Shown here: positions 31,323 to 41,621 of the stretch, piece by piece
Layout: each line of letters starts with the position of its first letter
Position numbering within the stretch: position 1 is the stretch's first letter
Origin: Dehalococcoidia bacterium
Lineage (GTDB): Bacteria; Chloroflexota; Dehalococcoidia; Lucifugimonadales; VXLM01
DNA length: 64,000 nucleotides
Assembly (NCBI GenBank): GCA_963662435.1
Contig: OY759598.1
Span: 1,582,507-1,646,506, forward strand
Direction of reading: 5' to 3'
Notes under the pieces: generated by a model
Databases searched by the model: none
Seen by the model: the letters and a program-made list of their open reading frames with translations, nothing else
Told to the model about the DNA's origin: nothing
Program-made: the position numbers and the translations under genes

Positions 31323-32600
31323 ATGAAAATGGGATTCCTTGCGATTCTTGTGACAGGGCTGGCAATTGTCGGGGTCCTTGGCTGTGGCGATGACTCGTCC
31401 ACGACGACGCAACCTAATTCCGTTGAAACTGCCCAGGCGACTGAGCCGACGGCTGTACCGACAACGGTCCCAACGGCCGTGCCCGCGCCCACCGCGACAG
31501 CTGAGCCGACAGCGACAGTTGAGCCGACGCCGGAACCCACGGCAACGGCGGTCCCAGAGCCAGAGCCGGCGGCGGAGATGGATGCAGTTCCCAATCTGCC
31601 GGATTCATGCCTTGCCGGCGGTGCGGTAAGTGAGGCCGCAGCGGTCGTTGACTGCACTCTTCAAGCATTATTGCAGGTTGAGAGTTTTTCTTTTGACGGG
31701 GAGATCGACCTTTTGGCCTTGTTCCCCATCGACGGGGTTGGTGGAGCGGAGGACGGGCGGGTGAAACTGAGTGGGGCAATCGCTACGCCCGACAGGCTCA
31801 AGTTCAGCATCCTGATGGGACCCGCGGGTGAGAGCATCGAGGTCAATGGGGTGATGGTTGGTCAGGACGCCTATCTGCAGGACCCAATATCGGGGCAGTG
31901 GTTCCAGGGAATCCCGCAGGACGCGGATTTCCTAGTCTCCATACAGATTGTCGGAATGTTCCAGATTCCGAATGACCCCAATGTGACTCTCGGCGAGCTC
32001 GTCGAATTCGAGGATGGATCGAAGGGCTACTCACTCGTCTCGGAGCAGCCGGGTTCGAGCGGCGCAGCGGGCCCACTCCCCTTCCCCGGCGCCAAGACGA
32101 CCTGGATAGTGGGAGCCGAGGACTTCCTCACAAGAGAGATCACGGTTGCGACTACCGGGGGGAATGGCGAAGTCGGCAACATCATTGCTATCACGTACGG
32201 CGGGTATAACGAGACGGTCGAGATTGAACCTCCGGCGGATGCCGTCGCCATTCCAGACGGGATGATGGACTCGGGTCCCACTGAGGCACCAATGGTCGTG
32301 GGACTGGTGAAGAATGCTCAAGGCGACGTGGAGGTGACATTCAGCGAGCCGGTTGCCGTGGAAGGCATCGTTGAGCTCTATGTGCTGGAACCGAAGACGG
32401 GTGGCTGGGGTCTTCCACTGCTTGGCGGGAGCGGGACGGATACACTAACGTTCGACGCGGACGCGGAGGGCAAGCCCACGCTCGTCGCCGGGGAGAGTCA
32501 GATTGCGGGATTCTCCTTCCCGAATCCGGAGGATAGGCTGATGCATGCCGACGGCGGCATCGGGGCGAATTTGAACTTCGACCTGTGGACGTATGAGTAG
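31323..32600 (+). CDS. Lipoprotein: Pro/Thr linker, LppX/LprG-like beta domain, C-terminal Ig-like domain
   Basis: Lipobox VLGC; TAEPT/PTAVP repeats; V..GQDAYL...W and Y..YNETVEIEPP; VTFSEPVAV..GSGTDTLTF. Confidence 0.6.
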   Translation: MKMGFLAILVTGLAIVGVLGCGDDSSTTTQPNSVETAQATEPTAVPTTVPTAVPAPTATAEPTATVEPTPEPTATAVPEPEPAAEMDAVPNLPDSCLAGGAVSEAAAVVDCTLQALLQVESFSFDGEIDLLALFPIDGVGGAEDGRVKLSGAIATPDRLKFSILMGPAGESIEVNGVMVGQDAYLQDPISGQWFQGIPQDADFLVSIQIVGMFQIPNDPNVTLGELVEFEDGSKGYSLVSEQPGSSGAAGPLPFPGAKTTWIVGAEDFLTREITVATTGGNGEVGNIIAITYGGYNETVEIEPPADAVAIPDGMMDSGPTEAPMVVGLVKNAQGDVEVTFSEPVAVEGIVELYVLEPKTGGWGLPLLGGSGTDTLTFDADAEGKPTLVAGESQIAGFSFPNPEDRLMHADGGIGANLNFDLWTYE

Positions 32601-32813
32601 CTAAACCGTATCCCACTGATGAGGCGTCCGCATGTGTTCTGTTTCGCAAGTTCGTCGGATTATTTGGGCTAGTCTTATAGGGGGCAGGAACTGGATTCCG
32701 GCCTTCGCCGGAATGACGAATGGGTGTCGATGGTCGTCGCATTTATGTAATGAACTTCAGAAACGGGACACTATCGCACTCAATTCTGTTCAACTTAGTG
32801 AGTCTTGTTTTCC

Positions 32814-33827
32814 ATGAGTCAAATGGCTGACGGAATTGGTCGACCCCGCGGGTTGATACTTGCGCCGTTTGCGGAGGGGGAGTTGCAGCGGCTGTCGGGG
32901 AGGTTGGATGTCCAGTATGAGAGCTGGATGGAGACCGGGCGGCTACATGATCCCGAAGAGCTTGCAGGCAAGCTGAACAAGCTTGGGGCGGCGGTGCTGA
33001 TGGTTGAGCTGGACTTCGTTTTCGAGGAGGTGTTCGAGGCGGTCCCGACGCTCAAATTTGTGGGAGTTTGCAGGACTGCGACGAACCACGTGGATATCGA
33101 GGCGGCTACGGCCAAGGGAGTCGCGGTCGTCAACACTCCGACGCGTAACGCGAGAGCCGTGGCGGAACATGCCTTGGGGCTGATGCTGGGGCTGTCGAGA
33201 CGTATTACCGAGGGGCACGAGTATATCAAGGCAGGGCGATGGGTCAATCCGGTTGGGCCATACGTCGAATTGAGGGGCGTGGAACTGGCAGGCAGGACCC
33301 TGGGCATCGTGGGACTCGGAGCCATAGGAAGCCAGCTTGCGAAAATTACGGGAGCCTTGGGCATGAGGTGTATTGCTTATGACCCGTATGTTGACGCCAC
33401 TATGTCCGGCGTGGAACTCAGGGATTTGGACAGCTTGTTGGCGGGTTCCGACTTTGTATCGATTCATGCGCCGCTGACGGTGGAGACGGAGGGGATGATC
33501 GATTCGCGAAGGCTGGCGCTCATGAAGCCGACGGCGTATCTATTGAACCTCTCGGATGCCAGAATTGTGGACCGAGACGATCTTGTAACCTCGCTCAAGT
33601 GCCGAATGATAGCTGGGGCTGCCCTGGATGTGTTCGAGAGTCATCCCATCGCCCCGGACCACCCCCTGTTGGGGCTCGACAACGTGGTCCTGACACCTCA
33701 CCTGGGCGGAGCTACGGAGGAGACCATCGAGCGATATTCCAAGATGATGGCCGACGACATTGTGCGTTTTCTCGATGGAGAGAGGCCGTTGAATCTCGTG
33801 AATTCAGCCGTTTGGGAGACGTTGTGA
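32814..33827 (+). CDS. D-isomer-specific 2-hydroxyacid dehydrogenase
   Basis: GIVGLGAIG, HAPLT, GAALDVF and TPHLGGAT motifs. Confidence 0.92.
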   Translation: MSQMADGIGRPRGLILAPFAEGELQRLSGRLDVQYESWMETGRLHDPEELAGKLNKLGAAVLMVELDFVFEEVFEAVPTLKFVGVCRTATNHVDIEAATAKGVAVVNTPTRNARAVAEHALGLMLGLSRRITEGHEYIKAGRWVNPVGPYVELRGVELAGRTLGIVGLGAIGSQLAKITGALGMRCIAYDPYVDATMSGVELRDLDSLLAGSDFVSIHAPLTVETEGMIDSRRLALMKPTAYLLNLSDARIVDRDDLVTSLKCRMIAGAALDVFESHPIAPDHPLLGLDNVVLTPHLGGATEETIERYSKMMADDIVRFLDGERPLNLVNSAVWETL

Positions 33828-35326
33828 GCGAGCGATACGTAGTCGTCGTGGATGCGGGGTCGACGCGGATTCGATGCTACGTGTTTGGCTCGGACGGCGG
33901 AGTGGTGGCGGAACGCTCGGCCGCCTGGAGCTACGTCGAGCCTGAGGTGCCGTCGCCGTATATCTGGGAGCTAGACGCCGAGAGAGTGTGGCACTCGATG
34001 GCCGGACTGATATCGAACTGTATCGGTGACAGCAAGATTGAGGCACGGCGAATCGCTGCCATCGCTGCCACCACCCAGCGACAGGGAGTCGTGTTTCTCG
34101 ACAAGGAAGGCGGCGTCTTGTACGCAGGGCCGAATACCGATATCAGGGCAATTTTCGAAGGCGGCGTAATAGACGACGCAATGGGTGAGCAGGTCTTCCA
34201 GGTGACTGGGCGGCAACCATCGCTATTGTTCACGGCGGCCAAGTTGAGATGGTTCAGTCTGCACAACCCGGAAGTCTACGAGAGAATCGACCGGGTGGTC
34301 ACACTGGCGGACTGGCTGAGGTGGAAGTTGTCGGGTGAACTGGTTAGCGAAGCGACGCTGGCGGCAGAGGCGGGACTGTTGGACGTTAGGAAGCGCGAGT
34401 GGTGCTCGGGACTGTTCGATGAGCTTGGGATAAAGGACATTTTCGGAGTTCCCATCGAGAAGGCCGGTACGATGGCCGGCAGCGTTCGGCGAGAGGCAGC
34501 TGACGCCATTGGCATTCCGGCCGGCGTTCCGGTGGTTGTGTGTCCGGCGGATACGCAATGCGGGCTCCTGGGGCTGGGGACCGGTCGTGTGGGGCAGGTG
34601 GGAATCGTGGCGGGGTGGAGCATACCCCTACTTACGGTCACGGAGGAGCCAATTTTCGACACGGAACGAAGGATCTGGACAGGCTGTTATGCGGGTCAAG
34701 GGTTTTGGAGTCTGGAGAGTACATGCGGGGACGCCGGCAACTCGTACCGCTGGCTGGCGGATACGTTGTGGGGAGGTAGGACTGATTCGTTCGACAGAAT
34801 GGATGAGGCAGCTGGCGGCATATCTGCCGGTTCGGACGGAGTCCTGGCGTATTTGGGGGCGTCCCGGATGGATATGAGCAGGATAGGAATGCGGACCGGC
34901 GGGTTCAGCTTTCCGATACCCCTGACGTACAGCGGAATCGGACGCGGGCACTTAACGAGAGCGGCACTTGAGTCGATAGCTTACGCGGCCCGAGCGAACC
35001 TTGAACAGTTGGAATGTGTAGGCGGATTCAAAGCGTCCAAAGTTGCAGTGGGAGGGGGTATGATAGGCACATCGACGTGGGTCGAAATGCTGCCAGACGT
35101 GTTGGGGCGTCCAGTTGAGGTGGCGACTACGGAAAACGTGACGGCGGCGGGAGCTTACGTTTCGGCAATTGCGGCGCTTGACGGGTGTGATTCGCTGGTA
35201 GAATTGGCAGAGGCGAGCGCGGAGACGAAGACAATCACGCCGAGCGCCGTGGGTGCGGCGGAATACGACGATCACTATCGAATGTGGAACGAGACTGGCA
35301 AGCACATGGGGTCGGCTGGGATGTAG
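33824..35326 (+). CDS. FGGY-family carbohydrate kinase
   Basis: DAGSTRIRC, TTQRQG, ADTQCG and RAALESIAY motifs; GTG start overlaps upstream stop. Confidence 0.9.
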   Translation: MSERYVVVVDAGSTRIRCYVFGSDGGVVAERSAAWSYVEPEVPSPYIWELDAERVWHSMAGLISNCIGDSKIEARRIAAIAATTQRQGVVFLDKEGGVLYAGPNTDIRAIFEGGVIDDAMGEQVFQVTGRQPSLLFTAAKLRWFSLHNPEVYERIDRVVTLADWLRWKLSGELVSEATLAAEAGLLDVRKREWCSGLFDELGIKDIFGVPIEKAGTMAGSVRREAADAIGIPAGVPVVVCPADTQCGLLGLGTGRVGQVGIVAGWSIPLLTVTEEPIFDTERRIWTGCYAGQGFWSLESTCGDAGNSYRWLADTLWGGRTDSFDRMDEAAGGISAGSDGVLAYLGASRMDMSRIGMRTGGFSFPIPLTYSGIGRGHLTRAALESIAYAARANLEQLECVGGFKASKVAVGGGMIGTSTWVEMLPDVLGRPVEVATTENVTAAGAYVSAIAALDGCDSLVELAEASAETKTITPSAVGAAEYDDHYRMWNETGKHMGSAGM

Positions 35327-35439
35327 AGCGGCGCGAATGATGAGCCTGAATTGCACATGGCCCAAAGAAAGATGAGTTCCCGCGAAAGTTGCTCAGAGGT
35401 CTCCCTTCGCGGGCATGACTGTTGGAGTAGTACATTGAA

Positions 35440-35740
35440 GCTATTCTCAGAGGGGTCAGCCAAGATCGTACGCAGGTATAGCCTGGAATCATTGGTAGCG
35501 TTTTCACCCTTCGACAGGCTCAGGGCGAACGGTATCCCTATTTGACACCTTCTCAGAGGAATCACTCATGCAACGTTGCGACCTGCACAACCAGAAATGC
35601 AAAGGGGCACCGGTTCCTTCGTCGTCGATTGTCGCATGGCAACGTCCGGGGATGGATTCCTGCCTTCGCGGGAGTGACGGTTTGGGGTTGGCGGGAAGGG
35701 CGATTCGCGAATCGCCCCTACGGGAGGTTATTTTCTGAGG
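35440..35740. repeat. REP/MITE cluster
   Basis: CCCTTCGACAGGCTCAGGG 35507; GGATTCCTGCCTTCGCGGGAGTGAC about 35654; GGGCGATTCGCGAATCGCCC 35698. Confidence 0.75.
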
Positions 35741-35772
35741 AATGACGCTAAGTTCTTGACCGGCTTTAGGCT

Positions 35773-36441
35773 ATGGGTATAGAACGAGCCAAAGAGCATG
35801 TCGCCGAGGTGGCGAGGGAGATGGCGGAGCTTGATCTCGTTTCCGGAACGAGCGGCAATGTCAGCGCGCGGGTGGCGGGCGGACTCATGGCGATCACGCC
35901 GATGGGCAGGAGCTATGAAGGGATGGCGGCGGAGGATGTCGTCGTTGTGGACGGTGACCTGAATCCGGTCGATGGAGACCTGATGCCGTCATCGGAGTCG
36001 CTGCTACACGCGGCGATATACGCGGCACGACCGGACATTGGGGGCATAGTACACACTCACGCGGTCTACTCGAGCGCGGTAGCGGCTGCCGGCGTGAACA
36101 TACCGCCAATCGTCGATGAAATGGTCGTGAACCTGGGTGGAGAGGTGAGGGTGTCGGAGTATGCGCCTCCCGCCTCGGAGGCTGTGGCGGAACGAGTATG
36201 CGAAGCACTTGGGAACAGGGACGCGGCGCTCATCCGCAATCACGGTGCGGTCGGAGTGGGCTTGGACGTTCGAACTGCCCTTGAGGCATCGGTCCTTACT
36301 GAGCGCGTGGCCCAGATTTTCGTGCTGTCGTCGGTTTTTGGGTGTCCCACTACTCTACCCGACGAGGTGGTGGCGTCCGAGGCAGCAATTTTCGAAATGC
36401 GCAGGACTGCCCGAAGCAGCCAGATTACGCTAGACTCATAG
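35773..36441 (+). CDS. Class II aldolase/adducin family (fuculose-1-phosphate aldolase-like)
   Basis: GTSGNVSAR, PSSE..LH, VHTH and IRNHG motifs. Confidence 0.92.
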   Translation: MGIERAKEHVAEVAREMAELDLVSGTSGNVSARVAGGLMAITPMGRSYEGMAAEDVVVVDGDLNPVDGDLMPSSESLLHAAIYAARPDIGGIVHTHAVYSSAVAAAGVNIPPIVDEMVVNLGGEVRVSEYAPPASEAVAERVCEALGNRDAALIRNHGAVGVGLDVRTALEASVLTERVAQIFVLSSVFGCPTTLPDEVVASEAAIFEMRRTARSSQITLDS

Positions 36442-36471
36442 GGACCGAAACAGTTCAAAGAGGACCTACCC

Positions 36472-36843
36472 ATGGTATCCGTACCCGGCTTTATTCTGCG
36501 ACGCTTGTACGTGAAGGGAAGCCTCAAGAATACCGCGTCGGGGTTCGAGTTCGAGCTCAGGAACACCCTTGGTTCGGGCTACGCGACCAAAGTCTGGCCG
36601 CTGAATGTCGACGGTCAGGAACTTCCGGCCGATTGTAGCTACTTCAATGTCGGAGGCAGGGAAACTCCTTTCACCGATGTGTCTGCCGAGAACACCTTCA
36701 GCCTGGAGATCAACAGGACGATTACCGTGTGGACCGACGGCATTTCTCTGGAACCGGGCGTGCATACGGTGGAGATGGGGTTCGACGTTCCGGGGCTGGG
36801 CACGATGAAATTCGACTTTACCGACGAATTGGCGGATGGGTGA
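36472..36843 (+). CDS. Hypothetical small beta-rich protein
   Basis: 123-aa ORF with GAGG RBS; overlaps the downstream epimerase. Confidence 0.7.
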   Translation: MVSVPGFILRRLYVKGSLKNTASGFEFELRNTLGSGYATKVWPLNVDGQELPADCSYFNVGGRETPFTDVSAENTFSLEINRTITVWTDGISLEPGVHTVEMGFDVPGLGTMKFDFTDELADG

Positions 36844-37804
36844 GAAAACTCGGCGAATCGCCGTGACGGGGGCATCGGGATACATCGGGACGGTGCTGAT
36901 ACGCCGGCTTGTGGAGCGTGACGACGTATCGGGCATTCTTGCCATCGATGTGAGGAAGCCGCGTCAGGATTTCGGAAGCAAGGTGTCGTTTGTTCGGCAG
37001 GACGTATCGAAGGCGTTTCCCGGCCTGTTCGCCGAACACAACGTGGACACGGTAGTACACTTGGCGTACGTGCTACGACAGGGAAGGGACCGTGAGGCGA
37101 ATCGGCGAGTAAACGTGGGGGGTACCCGCAATACTATCGAAGCGTGTCGCGAGGGTCGGGTCAGGCGGGTCATCTACCTCAGCAGCACCAGCGTCTATGG
37201 AGCTCACGCCGACAATCCTGAGGCTTTGACGGAGGATATGCCCGCCCGTCCAGTTTCGGGATTCCAGTACAGCGAAGACAAACTCGAATCGGAGCGGATG
37301 CTGTACGAGTATGCCTCGGCGTCGGACGGAGTGAGCGTTTGTGTATTGCGGTGCTGTCCAGTCATGGGCCTCAACGCCGACAACTTCATTTCCAGTGCAT
37401 TTGACAAGCCTTTCCTCGTGGCGATTTCGGGAGCCAATCCTCCGATGCAACTAATTCACGAGGAGGACGTGGTGCGCTGCATGGAGCTGGCAGTGTTTGG
37501 AGACGCCGAGGGGCTGCTCAACGTCGGGAGTGCCAGTCCGATAAGGTGGAATGAGATGGCGGCGGCGCGCGGCCGGTATGTCGTCTCGCTACCGCCGTGG
37601 CCGCTATTCGCGGCCACACAGATCACGTGGGCGCTGAGGCTACAGTCGGACTCGCCGGCTGTGGGTCTGAACATGATCCGGTATCCGTGGTTCGCGAGCA
37701 CGGAGAAGATCGAGCGCGAGATGGGATTCCGTCCACGATACTCATCGATGGAAGCGTGGAACGCCTATCTTGAGAAACCGAGGCAACGAGAGAGGGACGA
37801 CTAG
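36836..37804 (+). CDS. NAD-dependent epimerase/dehydratase
   Basis: TGASGYIG, LSSTSVYG and YSEDK motifs. Confidence 0.9.
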   Translation: MGEKTRRIAVTGASGYIGTVLIRRLVERDDVSGILAIDVRKPRQDFGSKVSFVRQDVSKAFPGLFAEHNVDTVVHLAYVLRQGRDREANRRVNVGGTRNTIEACREGRVRRVIYLSSTSVYGAHADNPEALTEDMPARPVSGFQYSEDKLESERMLYEYASASDGVSVCVLRCCPVMGLNADNFISSAFDKPFLVAISGANPPMQLIHEEDVVRCMELAVFGDAEGLLNVGSASPIRWNEMAAARGRYVVSLPPWPLFAATQITWALRLQSDSPAVGLNMIRYPWFASTEKIEREMGFRPRYSSMEAWNAYLEKPRQRERDD

Positions 37805-37918
37805 AAGATGTCCAATTGGGTAACTGAACGCGTACGATGGTTGCTCGTGAAAAGATGGGCAGCATTTCCACCCTTCGACAGGCTCAGGGTGAACAGCGCG
37901 TCTCTATTGGACACCCTC
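37805..37918. mobile_element. Small MITE flanked by CTAG
   Basis: CTAG at 37801-04 and 37919-22; imperfect TIR ..TGTCCAAT / ATTGGACA..; contains a CCCTTCGACAGGCTCAGGG repeat. Confidence 0.55.
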
Positions 37919-37949
37919 CTAGTGTGAGAAGTCACGTGAAATAGGGAGA

Positions 37950-38603
37950 ATGAGTGAAATGGGAGACTTTTGGATTCAGGACGGAGAGAGGATGCTGTTC
38001 ATTGGGGACAGCATAACGGACTGTGGCAGGCGGGACCGTGCCGCTCCGCTTGGTGACGGGTACGTAAGCATGTTCACGGAGCTTGCCACGGCGAGGCATC
38101 CGAACCGGGACATCGAGTGGATCAATATGGGCATTGGGGGCAATAGGACCACGCACCTGAAGGAACGCTGGCAGACCGATGTGCTCGATTTGAGGCCGAA
38201 CCGTCTGTCCATAAAGATCGGGATCAACGACCTGAACAGTTTCCGGATTGGCGACCACGACGGCGTCCCGCCTGAGGAGTATAGGAGGAATTACGAGGAG
38301 ATCCTGAGATCCACCCGTAAGACGCTGGGCGAGATTCCCATCCTTCTCGTAACACCGTTCTACATCTCGACGAACGCCAATGACGAGGTGGAGGGTACGG
38401 TACTCAGCATGATTCCCGAGTACATTGGAATTGTGGAAGAGATGAGCACGAATTACGGGACGATGGTGCTCAATCTGCACGACGTATTCCAAGAGCACCT
38501 GAAGTACCGGCCAGCCAGCGTTTTCTGTCCTGAGCCGGTACATCCGAACCATACGGGTCACATGGTTATCGCCAATGAGTTGATGGAGTTCCTGAGCCGG
38601 TGA
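37950..38603 (+). CDS. SGNH/GDSL hydrolase
   Basis: GDSIT, GIGGN, GIND and EPVHP motifs. Confidence 0.92.
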   Translation: MSEMGDFWIQDGERMLFIGDSITDCGRRDRAAPLGDGYVSMFTELATARHPNRDIEWINMGIGGNRTTHLKERWQTDVLDLRPNRLSIKIGINDLNSFRIGDHDGVPPEEYRRNYEEILRSTRKTLGEIPILLVTPFYISTNANDEVEGTVLSMIPEYIGIVEEMSTNYGTMVLNLHDVFQEHLKYRPASVFCPEPVHPNHTGHMVIANELMEFLSR

Positions 38604-38659
38604 GATCTGAAATGTTGGACGCGTAATTGCCGGCTCCTGCAGATTCTTCGCGGTCGGAA

Positions 38660-38870
38660 TTTTCGTAAGGGTTGCTACCCTCACCTCCTGGAATGAAAAT
38701 GGGATTTTCGCCTGACAGGGTCCGAAGACTGGATTCCGGCCTTCACCGGAATGACGGTGTGGGGGACCTCGCCGGTCGGGCGTGTAGGAGGACGTGTAGG
38801 GGGAGTGGATTCCCGCGTGCGCGGGAATGACGGTGTGGGGGAGCTACGACGGCTATTTTCGTAGCAATTC
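38660..38870. repeat. Composite REP element
   Basis: Same architecture as 30000-30125 and 45740-45870 (AGGGTCCGAAGACTGGATTCCGGC...). Confidence 0.75.
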
Positions 38871-38887
38871 AGTAGAAAATTGGGGAT

Positions 38888-40069
38888 ATGAGCTCAAAGA
38901 AACGACGTCCGGGACTGGCTAAGGATTTTGCCAACAGCAGAGAGTTGGAAAAGCTGGGACTGCGGCCCGGGTACCGAGTAGGCCATCTGGACGGGACGGC
39001 TAACTATGTGACCGACGACCGGTTCGAATGCGGGCCATATGATCGTTTGCACCGTGAGACGACGATCGTTGATGCGTACTCGGCGCTGGTTGACATCGAA
39101 GAACTGCAGCGCGGCGGTATCGATGTGGTCATTCAGGCGCTGGGACCGGAGGAGTTGTTCGTCCAGGAGGAGATGCAGAATCCGGCGGACGAGCCGCCGC
39201 GCGGGGTGCGTTCATGGCAACCGGTCTTCGAGGGGGACGAGTTGGTCGAGCGGATTAAGATCGGCATCGACGAGCACCTGCGTTTCTCGAAGGCTCACGA
39301 AGAGCATATCGAGGCAGCCCTAACGGAGGCGGACGTTCGGCAAATCGTCTCCGACGGCAGGATTGCGATGGTGCTGATGCTGGTCAGCGGATACATTGCG
39401 GACAGTCTCGATGTCTTAAAGGAATTTCACGAGCTTGGCATCCGTGTTATGTGTCCCAGTCACTTGGCGGCTACTTTGTGGGCCGATTCTAGTGCGGAGC
39501 TGAACGACCCTCCCGGTCTGAACGACTTCGGACGCGATGTGATTCGCACGTGCAACGAGATCGGAGTGCTCGTAGATCTTGCTCACTGTTCCGACTATAC
39601 CTGCCGTGGTGTCCTGGAGATCGCCAAGAGGCCGGTTATCGCCACGCACACGAAGGTCAGGGCCACCACCGAAAGTCTGCGAGACATGAGCGACGACGTG
39701 TTACGGGGCGTCGCCGAAACCGGCGGGGTGGTGTGCGTACTAGCTCCGACGCCGCGGACAGCAGAGGAGCGTCACGCAGCTCGACTCAAGAGGGACAAGA
39801 ATCTCGTGGAGAGATACGAGGACCCGTTCGAATTAGCGGCGGCGAAGCTCGCGGACGCTCAGGTGTGGGGGACGAAGCTCGACCTCGCTTCCATCAACCA
39901 CGCGGTGGATGTTGCGGGCATCGACCATGTCGGACTCTCGTCACACGCGCAGAACGTACCGCAGTGGAAGGAGTTTACGGAGGCGTTGGTGGAAGGTGGG
40001 TACACTGCTGAGGAGGCGGCGAAGATTCTCGGCGGCAATGTGCTGCGCGTGCTTGGGGAGGCTCTATAG
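38888..40069 (+). CDS. Membrane dipeptidase (M19)-like protein, degenerate
   Basis: GLNDFGRDVI..CNEIGVLVDLAH, PVIATH, AETGGVV and KILGGNVLRV motifs. Confidence 0.8.
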   Translation: MSSKKRRPGLAKDFANSRELEKLGLRPGYRVGHLDGTANYVTDDRFECGPYDRLHRETTIVDAYSALVDIEELQRGGIDVVIQALGPEELFVQEEMQNPADEPPRGVRSWQPVFEGDELVERIKIGIDEHLRFSKAHEEHIEAALTEADVRQIVSDGRIAMVLMLVSGYIADSLDVLKEFHELGIRVMCPSHLAATLWADSSAELNDPPGLNDFGRDVIRTCNEIGVLVDLAHCSDYTCRGVLEIAKRPVIATHTKVRATTESLRDMSDDVLRGVAETGGVVCVLAPTPRTAEERHAARLKRDKNLVERYEDPFELAAAKLADAQVWGTKLDLASINHAVDVAGIDHVGLSSHAQNVPQWKEFTEALVEGGYTAEEAAKILGGNVLRVLGEAL

Positions 40070-40173
40070 GAGCGGTCATCCGTCTCCCTAGCACGACAGG
40101 GCGGGTTTGAAACTCGTCCCTTCCAGATCCCAGGGTCATCGTCACCCTTCGATACTATGATGTTGAACCAGTA

Positions 40174-40700
40174 GTGCCGGTTCCACATGATTTTGGTAGC
40201 TTGCTCAAAGCACCCTCACCCTAGCCCTCTCCCATGATGGGAGAGGGGGCCTGTATTCAACGGAACACAGCCCCGGCACTGTCATTCTGAGTGGAGTAGG
40301 AGGGGCGATTCGCGAACAATTGTTCCAACTAATTGCCAATTTAGCTATGGAAAAGCGTCCGAGAGCCAGATCGAGGTGTGTCGTTTTCGTCCAGATTCGA
40401 GTCGCTCAAATACAATCGTACTGCCGGGTGGCCCGGTCTATGTGTGCATTGGTGCCTTTCGAGGGCGGCCATAGTGGTCGAACATGGGCAAATTAGCTAC
40501 GAACCCCACTATTTCGTCGAATTAGTTGGAGCAGATGCGATTCGCGAATCGCCCTTGCGGGAGGTTGTTTTCTGAGGAATAACAGAGAAGACGGGGGCGG
40601 ATCATGGCTGCAATCCATTTTGCCTACCCCTGTCAGGCTACGACGTGAGAGGGGACAGGCGCCTCTCTATTCGACTGTCACATTCAAATGGAAACGGTAC
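40174..40700. mobile_element. IS630-type MITE containing nested REP and MITE
   Basis: TIRs GTGCCGGTTCCACATGA / TCAAATGGAAACGGTAC; preceded by TA. Confidence 0.65.
40317..40537. mobile_element. 221-bp IS4-like MITE inserted in a REP palindrome
   Basis: 18-bp TIR with 15/18 match, CA...TG ends; 11-bp TSD CGATTCGCGAA at 40306 and 40538. Confidence 0.8.
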
Positions 40701-40757
40701 CAGGCGCTTCTGGGATCCAACTCATCTAGAAGAATTGGATAACTCCCCTGCCCTACT

Positions 40758-41621
40758 TTATACGCCGTGCCTAGCGAGGAGTTCCCGCAGATGGTTGGTG
40801 GCCATGCGGACGGCGTCGGGGGTGGAGGCCTGAGTGTCCGGGCGCAGTTCGAAGACCATTGAGATGGCGCCGTTGTAGCCGACGTCCTTGAGGATTCTCA
40901 TGATGCGGTCGTAGTCGATCCACTCTTCGTACCCGTTGTCGATGCGGTACATCTTGGCACGGACACAGGACGCGTAGGGGGCGACCGTTTCCATGTATGA
41001 GTAGATATCGACATCGGGGTCGACTTCTCCGATAGGGTTGCCTCCGGGAGAGCCCATCCACTGGCCGCAGTCCATGATGTAGGTGAAATTGGGACGGTCG
41101 ACGTCGCTCATCATCCTGATCACGTCGTCAGCCGTGGCGATGGCTGCGCCGCTGTCGTGATTCTGCACTCCCACGATGACCCCCTTGCCGGCCGCATAGT
41201 CGGAGATCTGGCGGAGCCGCTCGATCAAGCCCGGCCAGTACTCCTCAATGAGTGTGCCGTCGGGCGTTCTCGCGTCGGGCGGGCCGCCTATGCGGAGGCG
41301 GACCATGGGCGCTCCGATGGTAAGGGCGGCGTCGACCTCGCGCTTCGCCATCTCGACGGTCATACGACCCTGCTGGATTTCGTGACCGAAGAGGCCACCT
41401 CCCCTCCCGATGTAGCCGATGGGCATGCCGTTGCTGTGGGACAGCCGTTTGACGTGGGAGAGGTGTTCGAGGTCCATGGGCATATCGAAGAGGTGGAAAT
41501 CGATGGTGTCCAGCCGAAGCTCTTTGGCGAACTGGACAAATTCGTCCACGGATAGCAAGTCGGTATGATTGCGGTCTCGTTGTCGTATCGCCGGGTCGAC
41601 GAGGCATCCTAGCTTAATCAT
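40758..41621 (-). CDS. Sugar phosphate isomerase/epimerase (TIM barrel), paralog of 17620-18426
   Basis: VQNHD, IMDCGQWMGSPG and DPDVDIYSYME motifs. Confidence 0.88.
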   Translation of the reverse strand: MIKLGCLVDPAIRQRDRNHTDLLSVDEFVQFAKELRLDTIDFHLFDMPMDLEHLSHVKRLSHSNGMPIGYIGRGGGLFGHEIQQGRMTVEMAKREVDAALTIGAPMVRLRIGGPPDARTPDGTLIEEYWPGLIERLRQISDYAAGKGVIVGVQNHDSGAAIATADDVIRMMSDVDRPNFTYIMDCGQWMGSPGGNPIGEVDPDVDIYSYMETVAPYASCVRAKMYRIDNGYEEWIDYDRIMRILKDVGYNGAISMVFELRPDTQASTPDAVRMATNHLRELLARHGV

